Part shown: positions 39,440 to 49,221 of the stretch, one piece after another | Layout: the number at the start of each line of letters is the position of its first letter | Numbering within the stretch: the first letter of the stretch is position 1 | Source: Gemmatimonadota bacterium | GTDB lineage: Bacteria; Gemmatimonadota; Gemmatimonadetes; Gemmatimonadales; GWC2-71-9 | NCBI GenBank assembly: GCA_022563595.1 | Contig: JADFNB010000007.1 | Span: 14,975 to 78,974, forward strand | DNA length: 64,000 bases | Reading direction: 5' to 3' | Made by a program: the position numbers and the translations under genes | Notes under the pieces: model-generated | Seen by the model: the letters and a program-made list of their open reading frames with translations, nothing else | Told to the model about the DNA's origin: nothing | The model's database searches: none

Positions 39440-41569
39440 GTGACGGACGGTTCCGAAACCGCTGCCCCACAAGGCCGGCAGACCGCTCTCTCACACGAGT
39501 TGAGCGACCTGCTCATCCAGCTGTCGATCGGCCTGCATCGCTATGGGATGTATCCGGAAGGGCATCCGTCGCTCGCCCCGACGGTGGACAACATCCTGAA
39601 CCGGTTCACCGATCTGTTACAGACGCAGAACACGCTCTCGCTGGGCGTGGCGCGCAACCAGCTGGTCATCGAGGGGGTCGCGACCGATCCGAAGAACCCG
39701 GTGCTCCACGATCTCGCCCAGCGACTGCACCGGCACCATATCGGCGCGATCACGTTCAAGGCCGGCATCGGGCACGCCGAGTTGCATGAGATGTTGCGTG
39801 TGGTATCGGTCGATCCCGATCGCTCGGACAACCCGATCGGTCTCGATCCACGCTACACACAGCCGATCTGGCCGCACCTGCGCATCTATCCGCTTACCTA
39901 CGACCGGCTGCGTCTGGTCGACGAGGAGCCGTCGGGTGACGAGACCGAGCAGTCGCGCTCGACGCGTACCCGGGCCGCGCAACTCTGGGTTGGCCTGGCA
40001 CGGGCAGCGCTGGCAGCCGGGCAGGTGCAGGCCGGTGAAGACTGGGCGCATGACGGGACGCACGATGAGGCGCACGACGAAGCCGATCCGGAAGTCGTGG
40101 CACAGGCGATCGAGAGTCACTCACGCGAGACGGCCTACGATCAGGTTATCGTCGGGTACATGCTCCAGATCGCCGACGAACTCAAGGCGGGCACGACGGC
40201 CGAATCGGCGACCCTCAAGCGGCGCATCTCGGGGCTGGTATCGAATCTCGACCAGAGCACCTTGGGTGACCTGCTGGAGATGGGTGGTGATTGCACCCAG
40301 CGCCGACAGTTCCTGTTGAGCGCCTCGGAAGGCATGGCGGTAGATGCCGTGGTGGATCTGGTGCAGGCGGCCTCTTCGACCCACGAGCAAACGATATCGA
40401 ACTCGTTCCTGCGCATGCTCCAGAAGCTGGCGCAACATGCCGAGCACGACACGGGACGGAGACGGATCGAAGCCGAAACGTCGGTTCGGGAGCAGATCAC
40501 GAGCCTGATACGTGGCTGGTCACTCACGGACCCCAACCCGGACGCGTATAGCTTGGCGTTGCAGCGCATGGCGGCCGCCAACCCGATCTTCCAGGTCGCC
40601 CCCGAACAGCGTTTCCTCCCGGAGCCCGAACGGGTGATTCACATGGCGCTCGAGCTGAATGTGACCGGAGACACCGTCGAACGGGCCGTAGACGCCATGA
40701 TCGAACGGGACAGGCACCGGTGGATGCTCGACGAGGTCCAGACCGCCGACTCCCCACTGGCGGCTAAGGCCATCCTGGATCGCGTAGCCAGCCTCGACGA
40801 AATTGCCAAGCTGCTCGAACGGGAGAACGTGGACGCCGATCTGTTGGATCAACTGCTCGCCCATGCCGGGCTGAGCGCCGCCGACGTGATGCTCGACGCG
40901 CTCATCGCCTCCGAGTCGAGTCACACACGGCGGCCCCTCATCTCTCTGATCGTCGGGTTGGGTCCCGATGTCGGGCCCCACGTGATGCGCCGGCTGGAGA
41001 ACTCCCAGTGGTTCGTGAGGCGAAACATGCTCGCCCTGTTGAGCGAGTTGCCCGAGCTGCCGGAAACGTTCGACGCGATGGATTACATCGACGACGCACA
41101 CGGGCGCGTGCGCCATGAGGCACTGCGCATTCTGCTCCGCGACGACGATACGCGGGAGCGTGCGATCTGCGTAGGCCTGGCTGATACCGACGACCACAAT
41201 GTGCGCCTTGCCCTGACCGCGGCGGCGCGTGACTGTCCGGCCGCGGCGGTGCCGCTGCTGGTATCACGCGCGACGTCCGGCTCGAAGCGCGACCAGCGCG
41301 TCGCGGCCATTCGCGTGCTCGGAGCGACAGCCAGCCGGGAGGCGCTCGAGGCGTTCCTCCGGATCGCGGCGCCGCACAAGACGCTGCTGGGAACGAAACC
41401 GCCCACGAAGTCCCCGGAATACCTGTCGGCGCTCGCCGAACTCACTCAGTTCGCGGACGACCCGCGCGTTCGGAAAGTGCTCGCCGTGGCGGCGAAATCA
41501 CGTGATGGTGAGATCGCGCGCGCCGCGCTCGGCGAGCGGCGATCGGGACTCTTCCAACAGCAAGAATGA
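39440..41569 (+). CDS. large regulatory-type protein: YPEGH N-domain shared with the downstream HD-GYP protein, plus C-terminal HEAT-like repeats
   Basis: The N-terminus IGLHRYGMYPEGHPSLAPTVD... is homologous to the N-terminus of the 41566 protein. The C-terminus shows repeats (VRRNMLALLSEL, RVRHEALRILL, NVRLALTAAA, RVAAIRVLG). A GTG start is assumed at 39440. Confidence 0.6.
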   Translation: MTDGSETAAPQGRQTALSHELSDLLIQLSIGLHRYGMYPEGHPSLAPTVDNILNRFTDLLQTQNTLSLGVARNQLVIEGVATDPKNPVLHDLAQRLHRHHIGAITFKAGIGHAELHEMLRVVSVDPDRSDNPIGLDPRYTQPIWPHLRIYPLTYDRLRLVDEEPSGDETEQSRSTRTRAAQLWVGLARAALAAGQVQAGEDWAHDGTHDEAHDEADPEVVAQAIESHSRETAYDQVIVGYMLQIADELKAGTTAESATLKRRISGLVSNLDQSTLGDLLEMGGDCTQRRQFLLSASEGMAVDAVVDLVQAASSTHEQTISNSFLRMLQKLAQHAEHDTGRRRIEAETSVREQITSLIRGWSLTDPNPDAYSLALQRMAAANPIFQVAPEQRFLPEPERVIHMALELNVTGDTVERAVDAMIERDRHRWMLDEVQTADSPLAAKAILDRVASLDEIAKLLERENVDADLLDQLLAHAGLSAADVMLDALIASESSHTRRPLISLIVGLGPDVGPHVMRRLENSQWFVRRNMLALLSELPELPETFDAMDYIDDAHGRVRHEALRILLRDDDTRERAICVGLADTDDHNVRLALTAAARDCPAAAVPLLVSRATSGSKRDQRVAAIRVLGATASREALEAFLRIAAPHKTLLGTKPPTKSPEYLSALAELTQFADDPRVRKVLAVAAKSRDGEIARAALGERRSGLFQQQE

Positions 41570-42744
41570 GCTCGCCCATCGAATTCCTGAATGCATTCGC
41601 CCAGGCCATGTCGGCTCTGGCGCTCTATCCGGAGGGGCATACCTCCCGGGAGCACGCGCTCGACAGCGTCTACGGCAAGGCCCGTGACCTCTTGGACGAC
41701 GAGCCCAACCCGGTGTTCTCGTTCCTCGGGGACGAGGTCGTCTACGGCGACCAGCCGCTGCGCGAGTTACGATCGTGGGCATGGAGCCACAAACTCTCCG
41801 AGGCCGGGATCCAACGTCTCCAGCTCGACCCCACGGTCACGCGCGACGAGCTGGAGGAGTTCTTCGATCTGGTGCTGGCGCGGCTCACCCTTCAGCCCAT
41901 CGACACGTCCGAGGCCCGCCAGACCCGTCCGTCCGGGCTGCGGTACGGGGCGATCGGGATCCAGGGTGAAGACAGCATCGAGAGCGCGGCCACCGCCACC
42001 ATCCAACTCACTCTCGGGGCCGAAGCGGAGACGATACGCTGGGTGCACGAGGAAATAGGGGACGGCAGGGCGCTGCCCGTCTTCGAGGCCGAAGCCGTGG
42101 TGCGCGGCCTGTCGGTAGCGATGCACGGCGACCGGAACCTGATCCTCCCGCTCCTACGCCTGCGGGAATTCGACGAGTATACGACCACCCACTCGATCAA
42201 CGTGTCGGTCCTGGCCATGGGCATCGCCGAATGGCTCGGCATGGGAGCGCGCGACGTGCGCGCGTTTGGTGTCTCCGGACTGCTGCACGATCTGGGCAAG
42301 GTGAAGATCCCGAATGAGATACTGAACGGGAAGGGCAAACTCACCGCCGAAGCGCGGCGGGTGATAAACATTCACCCCGCCGAAGGTGCGCGCATCATCA
42401 TTACGTCAGAGCCGGAGCTGGATCTGGCCGCCGTCGTGGCATACGAGCATCACATCATGATCAACGGCGGCGGGTATCCGTCGCTCGCCTATCCGCGCGA
42501 CTGCCACCATGCCAGCAAGTTGGTCCACGTGTGCGACGTATACGACGCGCTGCGTACCAACCGGCCGTACCGCGATTCCTGGCCGGCCGAGAAAGTGCTG
42601 GCCTATATCGAGGAGCGCTCAGGCGTGGAATTCGACGGGATAATCGCCCACGCCTTCACTCATATGATGCGGGAGTGGGAGCCTCAGCTCGCGATGGTGA
42701 CGGAGGACCAGGCGATTCCGGAAGGTCAAGCGGCAGCTGGCTGA
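41566..42744 (+). CDS. HD-GYP domain phosphodiesterase-type protein
   Basis: HD-GYP motifs are present (HSINVSVLAMGIA, LLHDLGKVKIP, HHIMINGGGYP, VCDVYDALRTNRPYR). Confidence 0.85.
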   Translation: MSSPIEFLNAFAQAMSALALYPEGHTSREHALDSVYGKARDLLDDEPNPVFSFLGDEVVYGDQPLRELRSWAWSHKLSEAGIQRLQLDPTVTRDELEEFFDLVLARLTLQPIDTSEARQTRPSGLRYGAIGIQGEDSIESAATATIQLTLGAEAETIRWVHEEIGDGRALPVFEAEAVVRGLSVAMHGDRNLILPLLRLREFDEYTTTHSINVSVLAMGIAEWLGMGARDVRAFGVSGLLHDLGKVKIPNEILNGKGKLTAEARRVINIHPAEGARIIITSEPELDLAAVVAYEHHIMINGGGYPSLAYPRDCHHASKLVHVCDVYDALRTNRPYRDSWPAEKVLAYIEERSGVEFDGIIAHAFTHMMREWEPQLAMVTEDQAIPEGQAAAG

Positions 42745-43516
42745 CCTTCGGCGTCGTGAATGCGGGCAAAGGCTCGTCCTGACCCGCCACTAGCAACTTC
42801 CCACTGAATCCCTTCTGCCGCAACGCGCGCGCCATAGTATCCCGCGCCAGCTCCACCCGGTTGCAGCGCTCGCTCACGTGTACCAGCACGACCACCTCGA
42901 GTGCCGGACTCCACACCTCGGCCGCAAGCTCGGCCGCACAACGGTTTGACAGATGCCCGGTCGAGCCCAAGATGCGGTGGCGTACCGTGGCCGGGTACGG
43001 GCCGGTCTGGAGCATGACCTCGTCGTGATTGGCCTCCAGGATGAGGACCGTGCAGTCGCGCAGCAGGTATCGCACGGCAGCCGTCGCGCGGCCCAGATCG
43101 TAGGCGACGCCAACCTTGGTTCCGGTGCGACTCGTGATCGTGAGCGCTACCGGCTCCGTGGCGTCGTGGCTGGTTCGCGCCGCCTCAATCCGGAACGGCC
43201 CGGCGTGACGGGACTCGTGCGGCAGCAAGGGAACCGTCGTGATGCCGTCGAGCCGGACTCCTTCCAGTGTGCCGGGCGACGCCAGCACCGGGCACCCATA
43301 GCGGTGGGCGAGCGCCGCAGCGCCTCGGACGTGGTCCCCGTGTTCGTGCGTGAGCGCGATAGCCGCCATCGGGTCGAGCATGACGTTGGCGCGTGCCGCG
43401 CGCTTGGCGAGCGCGCGCAGCCCGAACCCAGCATCGATCAACACCGTCGTGCCTTCGGCGCGCAACGCGATCGCGTTGCCACGGCTGCCGGACCCGAGCA
43501 CCGCGACCTTCATCAC
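42656..43516 (-). CDS. MBL-fold metallo-hydrolase
   Basis: The product shows VLGSGSRGNA, the LTHEHGDHVRG motif and GHLSN. Confidence 0.85.
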   Translation of the reverse strand: MMKVAVLGSGSRGNAIALRAEGTTVLIDAGFGLRALAKRAARANVMLDPMAAIALTHEHGDHVRGAAALAHRYGCPVLASPGTLEGVRLDGITTVPLLPHESRHAGPFRIEAARTSHDATEPVALTITSRTGTKVGVAYDLGRATAAVRYLLRDCTVLILEANHDEVMLQTGPYPATVRHRILGSTGHLSNRCAAELAAEVWSPALEVVVLVHVSERCNRVELARDTMARALRQKGFSGKLLVAGQDEPLPAFTTPKVSQLPLDLPESPGPPSPSRAEAPTPASYE

Positions 43517-44679
43517 GCGGTGGCTACCCGGTAGATACCCTCGAGCATCTTGCGTACGTCATCCGTGACCTCGACCTTGCGGCGCGGCATCACGCGCTCC
43601 GCAATGCGCAGGAACCCCGCGAGATCCATCACCGTGTTCTCGGATCCCCAAGCGAACGGTGGAACGTACTTGGGCGGTATGCGCCATCCGAACACGTTTG
43701 CCCCGACACCGACCGCCGACCCCGTCGAGAGCATCGTGCCGATCGCCGTCTTAGCGTGGTCCCCGATCAGACTTCCTAGGAACTGCCGGCCCGTCTCGAC
43801 CCGCTCTCCATGCAGGTCCAGGCGAACCGGCCCATAGGTGTTCTTCAGGTTGGACGTCGTCGTGCCGGCACCCAGGTTCGCCCACCGTCCGATGACCGAG
43901 TGACCGACGAAGCCGTCGTGTCCCTTGTTGCCATACCCGAGAAAGACGACCGACACGATCTCACCCCGCACCTTGCAGCGCGGTCCGATGGCCGACCAGC
44001 CCACCTCGCCACCCAGGACTTGGGTGCCCGGACCCACGTAGACGGGGCCGATCAAGCGCGTGCCCCCCCTCACATAGCTGTGCTGCTCTACGACGATGGC
44101 GCCGTCACGTGTGTCGAAGGTGACACCCGGTTCCACCACCGCGCCCAGCAGCACGACATCCTGCGGGTCGCCGATCACGATGCAGCCGTCGGGGATCGGG
44201 TCACCGGACTCACGCACGAAATCGGCAACGTCCGCCACGAGGAAATGCTCGAGGGCGCTGACGAGATCGTAGGCGCCATGGAGCAGGATCCCCTCGGTCT
44301 CCACCTCCTCCCAGGCGACCTGTTCGTCCTCCCACGTATTCCCTTCGGGCACCCACCACCCGACCGGCTTCCCCTCGTGCACCAACGTCGCGGGCCCTCT
44401 CGGCAGGGCGGGGCGCTCGCCCGAAGGCGCAAACACGGACCGACCCACGATCGCCGGCCCGGTCACCGGCTCACGCGATCCTACCCTGGGGATACCGTCC
44501 TCGACGAAAGACTGGAGGTGCGATGGCGCGAAGATAGCCCGGGTTGGCCCGTCGGCGATCGCCTCCCATCGCTCCCGGATCAGCCACGCGCCGGCGCGAA
44601 GCTCCGACACGGGACGCGAGTGCTGGTAGGGAAACCAGACGGAAGACGGGTCGGGATCGATGAGATAGACGTCGGTCAT
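43513..44679 (-). CDS. putative sugar nucleotidyltransferase/acyltransferase with a left-handed beta-helix (alt-GlmU-like)
   Basis: The C-terminal half has hexapeptide-repeat character (VGPGTQVLGGEVGWSAIGPRCKVRGEI...IGRWANLGAGTTTSNLKN). Confidence 0.7.
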   Translation of the reverse strand: MTDVYLIDPDPSSVWFPYQHSRPVSELRAGAWLIRERWEAIADGPTRAIFAPSHLQSFVEDGIPRVGSREPVTGPAIVGRSVFAPSGERPALPRGPATLVHEGKPVGWWVPEGNTWEDEQVAWEEVETEGILLHGAYDLVSALEHFLVADVADFVRESGDPIPDGCIVIGDPQDVVLLGAVVEPGVTFDTRDGAIVVEQHSYVRGGTRLIGPVYVGPGTQVLGGEVGWSAIGPRCKVRGEIVSVVFLGYGNKGHDGFVGHSVIGRWANLGAGTTTSNLKNTYGPVRLDLHGERVETGRQFLGSLIGDHAKTAIGTMLSTGSAVGVGANVFGWRIPPKYVPPFAWGSENTVMDLAGFLRIAERVMPRRKVEVTDDVRKMLEGIYRVATA

Positions 44680-44701
44680 GGAACGCGCGACGGATTCCCG
44701 T

Positions 44702-45736
44702 TCATCCCAACTCCCGTGTCTCCGGCGGCATCGCCTCGAGCACCCGCTTGAGGTTGCCGGCCCGCTCGCGGGTGGTGACCAACACGCGACCGTTGGCTCG
44801 GATGACCACCAGTCCGCTCACCCCATCCACCACGACCGGGCCGTCCTCAGCCCAGACGACGGTGTCGGCCGACTCGCGCACAAAGGCGTCCCCCACCACG
44901 ATGTTGCGCGCCTCGTCGGCCTTGCGGACGCGGGCCAGAGCCGCCCAGTTCCCCACGTCATCCCACGGAAATCGGCCGGGTACCACGACCACGCGCCCGC
45001 TGCGCTCGAAATGCGACACGTCGATCGCGACCGGCGTCACCGCCGCGAAGTACGCTTCCACGTCTCCGTCCGCCAGCAAAGAAAGATGTGGGGCGATCTC
45101 GGGGGCGTGCGCGTCGGTCTCGGCGAAGAAGCGCGCTACCGTCCAGGCGAACAGGCCCGAATTCCACAGCGCGCCTTTCTGGACCAGCTGCGCGGCACGT
45201 GCCGCGTTGGGTTTCTCGGTGAACCGCCCCACGGCACTCACATCGTCCTCGAGATAACCGCCGGGCTCAATGTAGCCGAACTCGGTATCGGGACGGGACG
45301 GGACGATCCCCACCACCACCAACGCGTCGTAGTGCGCCGCCACCTCGAGAGCCCGCGCGGCCGTCGCGCGGAATCCATCGTCGTCGCCGATCCACCAGTC
45401 CGCGTGCAACGAGAGCACGACGCCGTCGGGATCGCGCTCGCGCACCGTTGCGGTGGCCCAGGCCAGGGCCGGCGCCGTCGATGCGGCGCGCGGCTCCGCC
45501 AACACGTTCTCGGGCGGGAGCGCCGGAAGCAGGCGCCGTGTCTCCTCCACCAGAGCGCGGGAGGTCACCACCAGCACTTGGGAGTCGGGGATGAGGCCAT
45601 TGAGCCTTCGGACGGTGTCGACGAGCAGCGGCTCCGTACCGACGAGTGGGATCATCTGTTTCGGCCGCAGCGATGTGGAGACGGGCCAGAACCGCGTGCC
45701 GAAACCGCCGGCGAGGACCGCGGCCCAGCGGCTCAC
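44702..45736 (-). CDS. mannose-1-phosphate guanylyltransferase
   Basis: The product shows AVLAGGFGTRFWPVS and FGYIEPG and has a nucleotidyltransferase fold. No C-terminal isomerase domain is present. Confidence 0.85.
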   Translation of the reverse strand: MSRWAAVLAGGFGTRFWPVSTSLRPKQMIPLVGTEPLLVDTVRRLNGLIPDSQVLVVTSRALVEETRRLLPALPPENVLAEPRAASTAPALAWATATVRERDPDGVVLSLHADWWIGDDDGFRATAARALEVAAHYDALVVVGIVPSRPDTEFGYIEPGGYLEDDVSAVGRFTEKPNAARAAQLVQKGALWNSGLFAWTVARFFAETDAHAPEIAPHLSLLADGDVEAYFAAVTPVAIDVSHFERSGRVVVVPGRFPWDDVGNWAALARVRKADEARNIVVGDAFVRESADTVVWAEDGPVVVDGVSGLVVIRANGRVLVTTRERAGNLKRVLEAMPPETRELG

Positions 45737-45760
45737 GACATCACCAACGTCGACAGTGGG

Positions 45761-46114
45761 TCAGAGCAGGCTCGCGATGGCCGACCGATGCCGTTCGATC
45801 TCGTAGAGCAGGGAACCAACGTTGGTGTCGGGTGCAACGAGAATCGCGAGCAGGGTTTCGGGAGTGATCGACACCACGAGAAGCATACCCGACGCGAACT
45901 CGACGACGCCGGTATGGAACTCTCCGCGCCCGGCGGCGTCACCCAAGCGGGAGCTGGCCGTGACCATCGATGGGATGAGCGCCGAGACGTCTTCGGAGTC
46001 GACCCCGTTCCCCGCATGCGAGTCGATCACCAGACCATCTCTCCCGAGGATGATCACCGCATCGACTCCCGCCCGCCCGCTCAACGCCCGGACCACGTCG
46101 TGAATGGTCGGCAT
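45761..46114 (-). CDS. roadblock/LC7 (MglB-like) domain protein
   Basis: The 117-aa product shows GVDAVIILGRDGLVIDS...LLVVSITPETLLAILVAPDTNVG. Confidence 0.75.
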   Translation of the reverse strand: MPTIHDVVRALSGRAGVDAVIILGRDGLVIDSHAGNGVDSEDVSALIPSMVTASSRLGDAAGRGEFHTGVVEFASGMLLVVSITPETLLAILVAPDTNVGSLLYEIERHRSAIASLL

Positions 46115-46204
46115 GCGCCAATGCTACCGGCGCCCGTAACCGAAGTCAAGATAAATTCAGAGGTTGACCGCATTTTCGGCGGCCGCTAACCTTCTCGGCA
46201 CCTC

Positions 46205-46777
46205 ATGCCTGCTATGTCCTTGCCCCGCAGCCTGTTCTGCTTCGTCGCCGTGCTGAGCGGCACGGCAGCCGTCGCGTGCGACAATCCGCTGGCGTTGCCG
46301 CCGGCGCGATTCGACAACGAGATCGACACGACCACTATACACGCACTGCGCGGCACCCCGATCGCGTTGCCCAGCGCGTTCGACATCGTGGCGAACTCGC
46401 CCGCCCGGACCGATCGTGCGGAGCCGTTCGACTTCGCGTTCGATATCGACTCGGGTGGTAATGCGCTGCTCGTGCCAGCAGGAGCGTTGGGCCTGACGAA
46501 CGAGCCCGGTATCCTCGTCAGCTCGGACCCGTTCGATTCTATCGTGACCGCGCCGCTCGACGGCTATGTCATCGACAGCGTGGTGCCGGTGAGGGTGGGG
46601 ACCGTGTTCATCGCGCGGTCGCGCACTGATCAGTGCTCGCCAACCGTGGCGCTCCCGCGCTATGGCAAGTTCCGGGTCTTGGAGCTGGATCTACAGGAGC
46701 GGGCGCTCACGCTGCAGAAGCTGGTGAACACCAACTGCGGGTTCCGCAGCCTCGTGCCGGGCACCCCCACGTCCTGA
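46205..46777 (+). CDS. hypothetical lipoprotein
   Basis: The signal peptide ends in a lipobox-like AAVAC. I recognise no family. Confidence 0.55.
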   Translation: MPAMSLPRSLFCFVAVLSGTAAVACDNPLALPPARFDNEIDTTTIHALRGTPIALPSAFDIVANSPARTDRAEPFDFAFDIDSGGNALLVPAGALGLTNEPGILVSSDPFDSIVTAPLDGYVIDSVVPVRVGTVFIARSRTDQCSPTVALPRYGKFRVLELDLQERALTLQKLVNTNCGFRSLVPGTPTS

Positions 46778-46781
46778 GCCC

Positions 46782-48062
46782 ATGATCGACGTCCGCGTGC
46801 TTCGCGACTCGCCCGACTCAGCGCGGGCGATCCTCGCACGCCGGCACGCCGATCTACCGGCGCTGGTCGACAGGGCGCTCGATCTGGACCGGCACCGGCG
46901 AGCGTCGCTCAAGGAGGTCGAGCATCTCAAGGCCGAGCGCAACCGGGAATCGGCGGAGGTCGCCCGCCGGAAGAAGGCCGGCGAAGAGGCGGCCGATCTG
47001 CTCGCCGAGCTGAAACAGTTGAGCGAGCGGATCAAGTCGCTCGACGAGGTGACACGCGCGACCGACGCCGAACTCGAGGACACGCTGCTACAGATACCGA
47101 ACTTCCCGCTCGACGAGGTCCCGGCCGGCGACGAGAGCGCCAACGTCATCGAGCGGAGTTGGGGGGAGAAACCGACCTTCACCTTCGAGCCCAAACCGCA
47201 TTGGGAGCTGGGACAGACGCTCGGGCTCCTCGACCTGCCGGCGGGGACCAAGATAGCCGGGACCGGGTTCCCGCTGTTCGTCGGTCCCGGCGCCCGGCTC
47301 GTGCGGGCGCTGGCCGGGTTCATGCTGGACCTACACACCACCGAACACGGCTACACCGAGGTCGTCCCGCCGTTGCTCGTCAACGCCGCCGCGGCTCGGG
47401 GAACGGGACAGCTCCCGGATCACGAAGGCAACATGTATGTGACTGCCGACGGGTTCTACCTGATCCCGACGGCTGAAGTCCCGGTCACCAACATCCACCG
47501 GGACGAGATCCTCGACGGGTCACGGCTGCCGATCGGGTACGCGGCGTTCACGCCGTGCTTCCGCCGGGAGGCCGGCGCGCATGGTAAGGACACCCGCGGT
47601 TTGATCCGGGTGCATCAGTTCGACAAGGTCGAGCTGGTGCGGTTCTGCCGGCCCGAAGACTCGCCATCCGAGCACGAGAAGCTCCTCGCCCACGCCGAGA
47701 CGGTGCTCCGCCGGCTCGACCTGCCGTACCGTGTCGTCCTGCTGGCCACGGGCGACCTCGGGTTCGCGTCGGCCAAGACCTACGACCTCGAAGTCTGGGC
47801 TGCCGGAGTCGGGACGTGGCTCGAAGTCTCGAGCGCCAGCACATTCACGGATTTTCAGGCCCGCCGCGCAAACATTCGGTACCGGCCGCGCCACGACGCG
47901 AAGCCATCGTTCGTGCACACGTTGAACGCGTCCGGGCTGGCCTTCCCGCGCACGATCATCGCCCTGCTCGAGAACAACCAGCAGGCCGACGGATCGGTGA
48001 CCATCCCAGCGGCGCTGGTCCCCTACTTGGGGACCGATCGACTAGCACCCAGTGACGACTAG
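46782..48062 (+). CDS. serS: serine--tRNA ligase
   Basis: The product has an N-terminal coiled coil and class II motifs (FRREAGAHGKDTRGLIRVHQF, GLAFPRTIIALLENNQ). Confidence 0.97.
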   Translation: MIDVRVLRDSPDSARAILARRHADLPALVDRALDLDRHRRASLKEVEHLKAERNRESAEVARRKKAGEEAADLLAELKQLSERIKSLDEVTRATDAELEDTLLQIPNFPLDEVPAGDESANVIERSWGEKPTFTFEPKPHWELGQTLGLLDLPAGTKIAGTGFPLFVGPGARLVRALAGFMLDLHTTEHGYTEVVPPLLVNAAAARGTGQLPDHEGNMYVTADGFYLIPTAEVPVTNIHRDEILDGSRLPIGYAAFTPCFRREAGAHGKDTRGLIRVHQFDKVELVRFCRPEDSPSEHEKLLAHAETVLRRLDLPYRVVLLATGDLGFASAKTYDLEVWAAGVGTWLEVSSASTFTDFQARRANIRYRPRHDAKPSFVHTLNASGLAFPRTIIALLENNQQADGSVTIPAALVPYLGTDRLAPSDD

Positions 48063-49221
48063 AGCGTTCCGCCGACTGAAACGGTTCGGGCCAGAAGTTG
48101 TCCTGAGCCTCGTTGTGCTGCTCGGTGGGGTCTCGTTGTGGCAGACATGGGAGGTAGCGGGACATCTCCGCAGCGAGGCGCGTGAGTCGTCTCGCATATT
48201 CGGGCGGGTGATCGCCGCTCTGAATGACACGATACCCGGAGCGGAAACCGAGGTGTTGTTTCAGCTGGTCGTAGACATCCGGGCCACCGGACTCCCGGTC
48301 GTTATCACCGATACGGCCGGCGCCGCTACCGCCTGGCAGAACCTGCCGTTCGAGGCGTCGGCGGACGACCGGCGCGTGGTGGAATACGCCGGCTCGCTCG
48401 ATCGTGTGAACCCGCCGATTCTCATCCCGGGAACCGGGCGGATCCATTTCGGTGACCTGCCACTCGGCCGGCGGCTGCGCCTGCTCGCGTTGCTGCAGTT
48501 CGCCCTGCTGGCCTGCGCGGTGGGCGCGGGTGTTTGGGCGTACCGGGCGGCCGTCGACCGGGACCGTGACAGGCTGTGGGTGGCGATGGCGCGCGAGTCA
48601 GCACATCAGTTGGGAACCCCGCTGATGAGTGCCGGCGCCTGGGTGGACCGGCTGGCCGATGGCGGCACCGGCACGACGGAGATAGTACGCCATCTTCGGG
48701 TCGACTTGGAGCGGTTGCACCGGGTCGCACAACGTTTCGAGCGGATCGGCAGGCCCGCCCGGCGCGACCGTGTGGCCCTCGGGGCACTCGCCGAGCGGGT
48801 GGCGGCCTACTTCGAGCCGCGTCTCCCACGTCACGCCAATCGGATCTTCCTGGAGGTGCGGGCTCCAGAAGCGGGCCCGATAGTCACCGGTGACGCGGTG
48901 TTGCTCGAGTGGGCCCTCGAAGCCCTGGTACGGAACGCGATCGACGCGTTGAGCGGACGGGGCGGGGCGGTGACGTTGAGCGTCTGTTGCGATGAAAGCG
49001 ACACGGCGTCGGTATCGGTCGCCGACGACGGTCCAGGTATCGCCCCTGAGGTTCGGGGACGGATCTTCAACCCGGGCGTTACCACGAAATCAGGGGGATG
49101 GGGCATTGGTCTCGCTCTGGCCAGACGGATCGTCGAGGACGTGCACGACGGCCGCCTGACGGTCGGCACTCCCGAGCAGGGGGCGGAATTCGTCGCGACG
49201 CTCCCTATGGACCGGACGTGA
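48052..49221 (+). CDS. sensor histidine kinase
   Basis: The product has two TM segments, an H-box (ESAHQLGTPL), an N-box (LVRNAIDA) and G-boxes (DDGPGI, GGWGIGLA). Confidence 0.75.
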   Translation: MTTRAFRRLKRFGPEVVLSLVVLLGGVSLWQTWEVAGHLRSEARESSRIFGRVIAALNDTIPGAETEVLFQLVVDIRATGLPVVITDTAGAATAWQNLPFEASADDRRVVEYAGSLDRVNPPILIPGTGRIHFGDLPLGRRLRLLALLQFALLACAVGAGVWAYRAAVDRDRDRLWVAMARESAHQLGTPLMSAGAWVDRLADGGTGTTEIVRHLRVDLERLHRVAQRFERIGRPARRDRVALGALAERVAAYFEPRLPRHANRIFLEVRAPEAGPIVTGDAVLLEWALEALVRNAIDALSGRGGAVTLSVCCDESDTASVSVADDGPGIAPEVRGRIFNPGVTTKSGGWGIGLALARRIVEDVHDGRLTVGTPEQGAEFVATLPMDRT

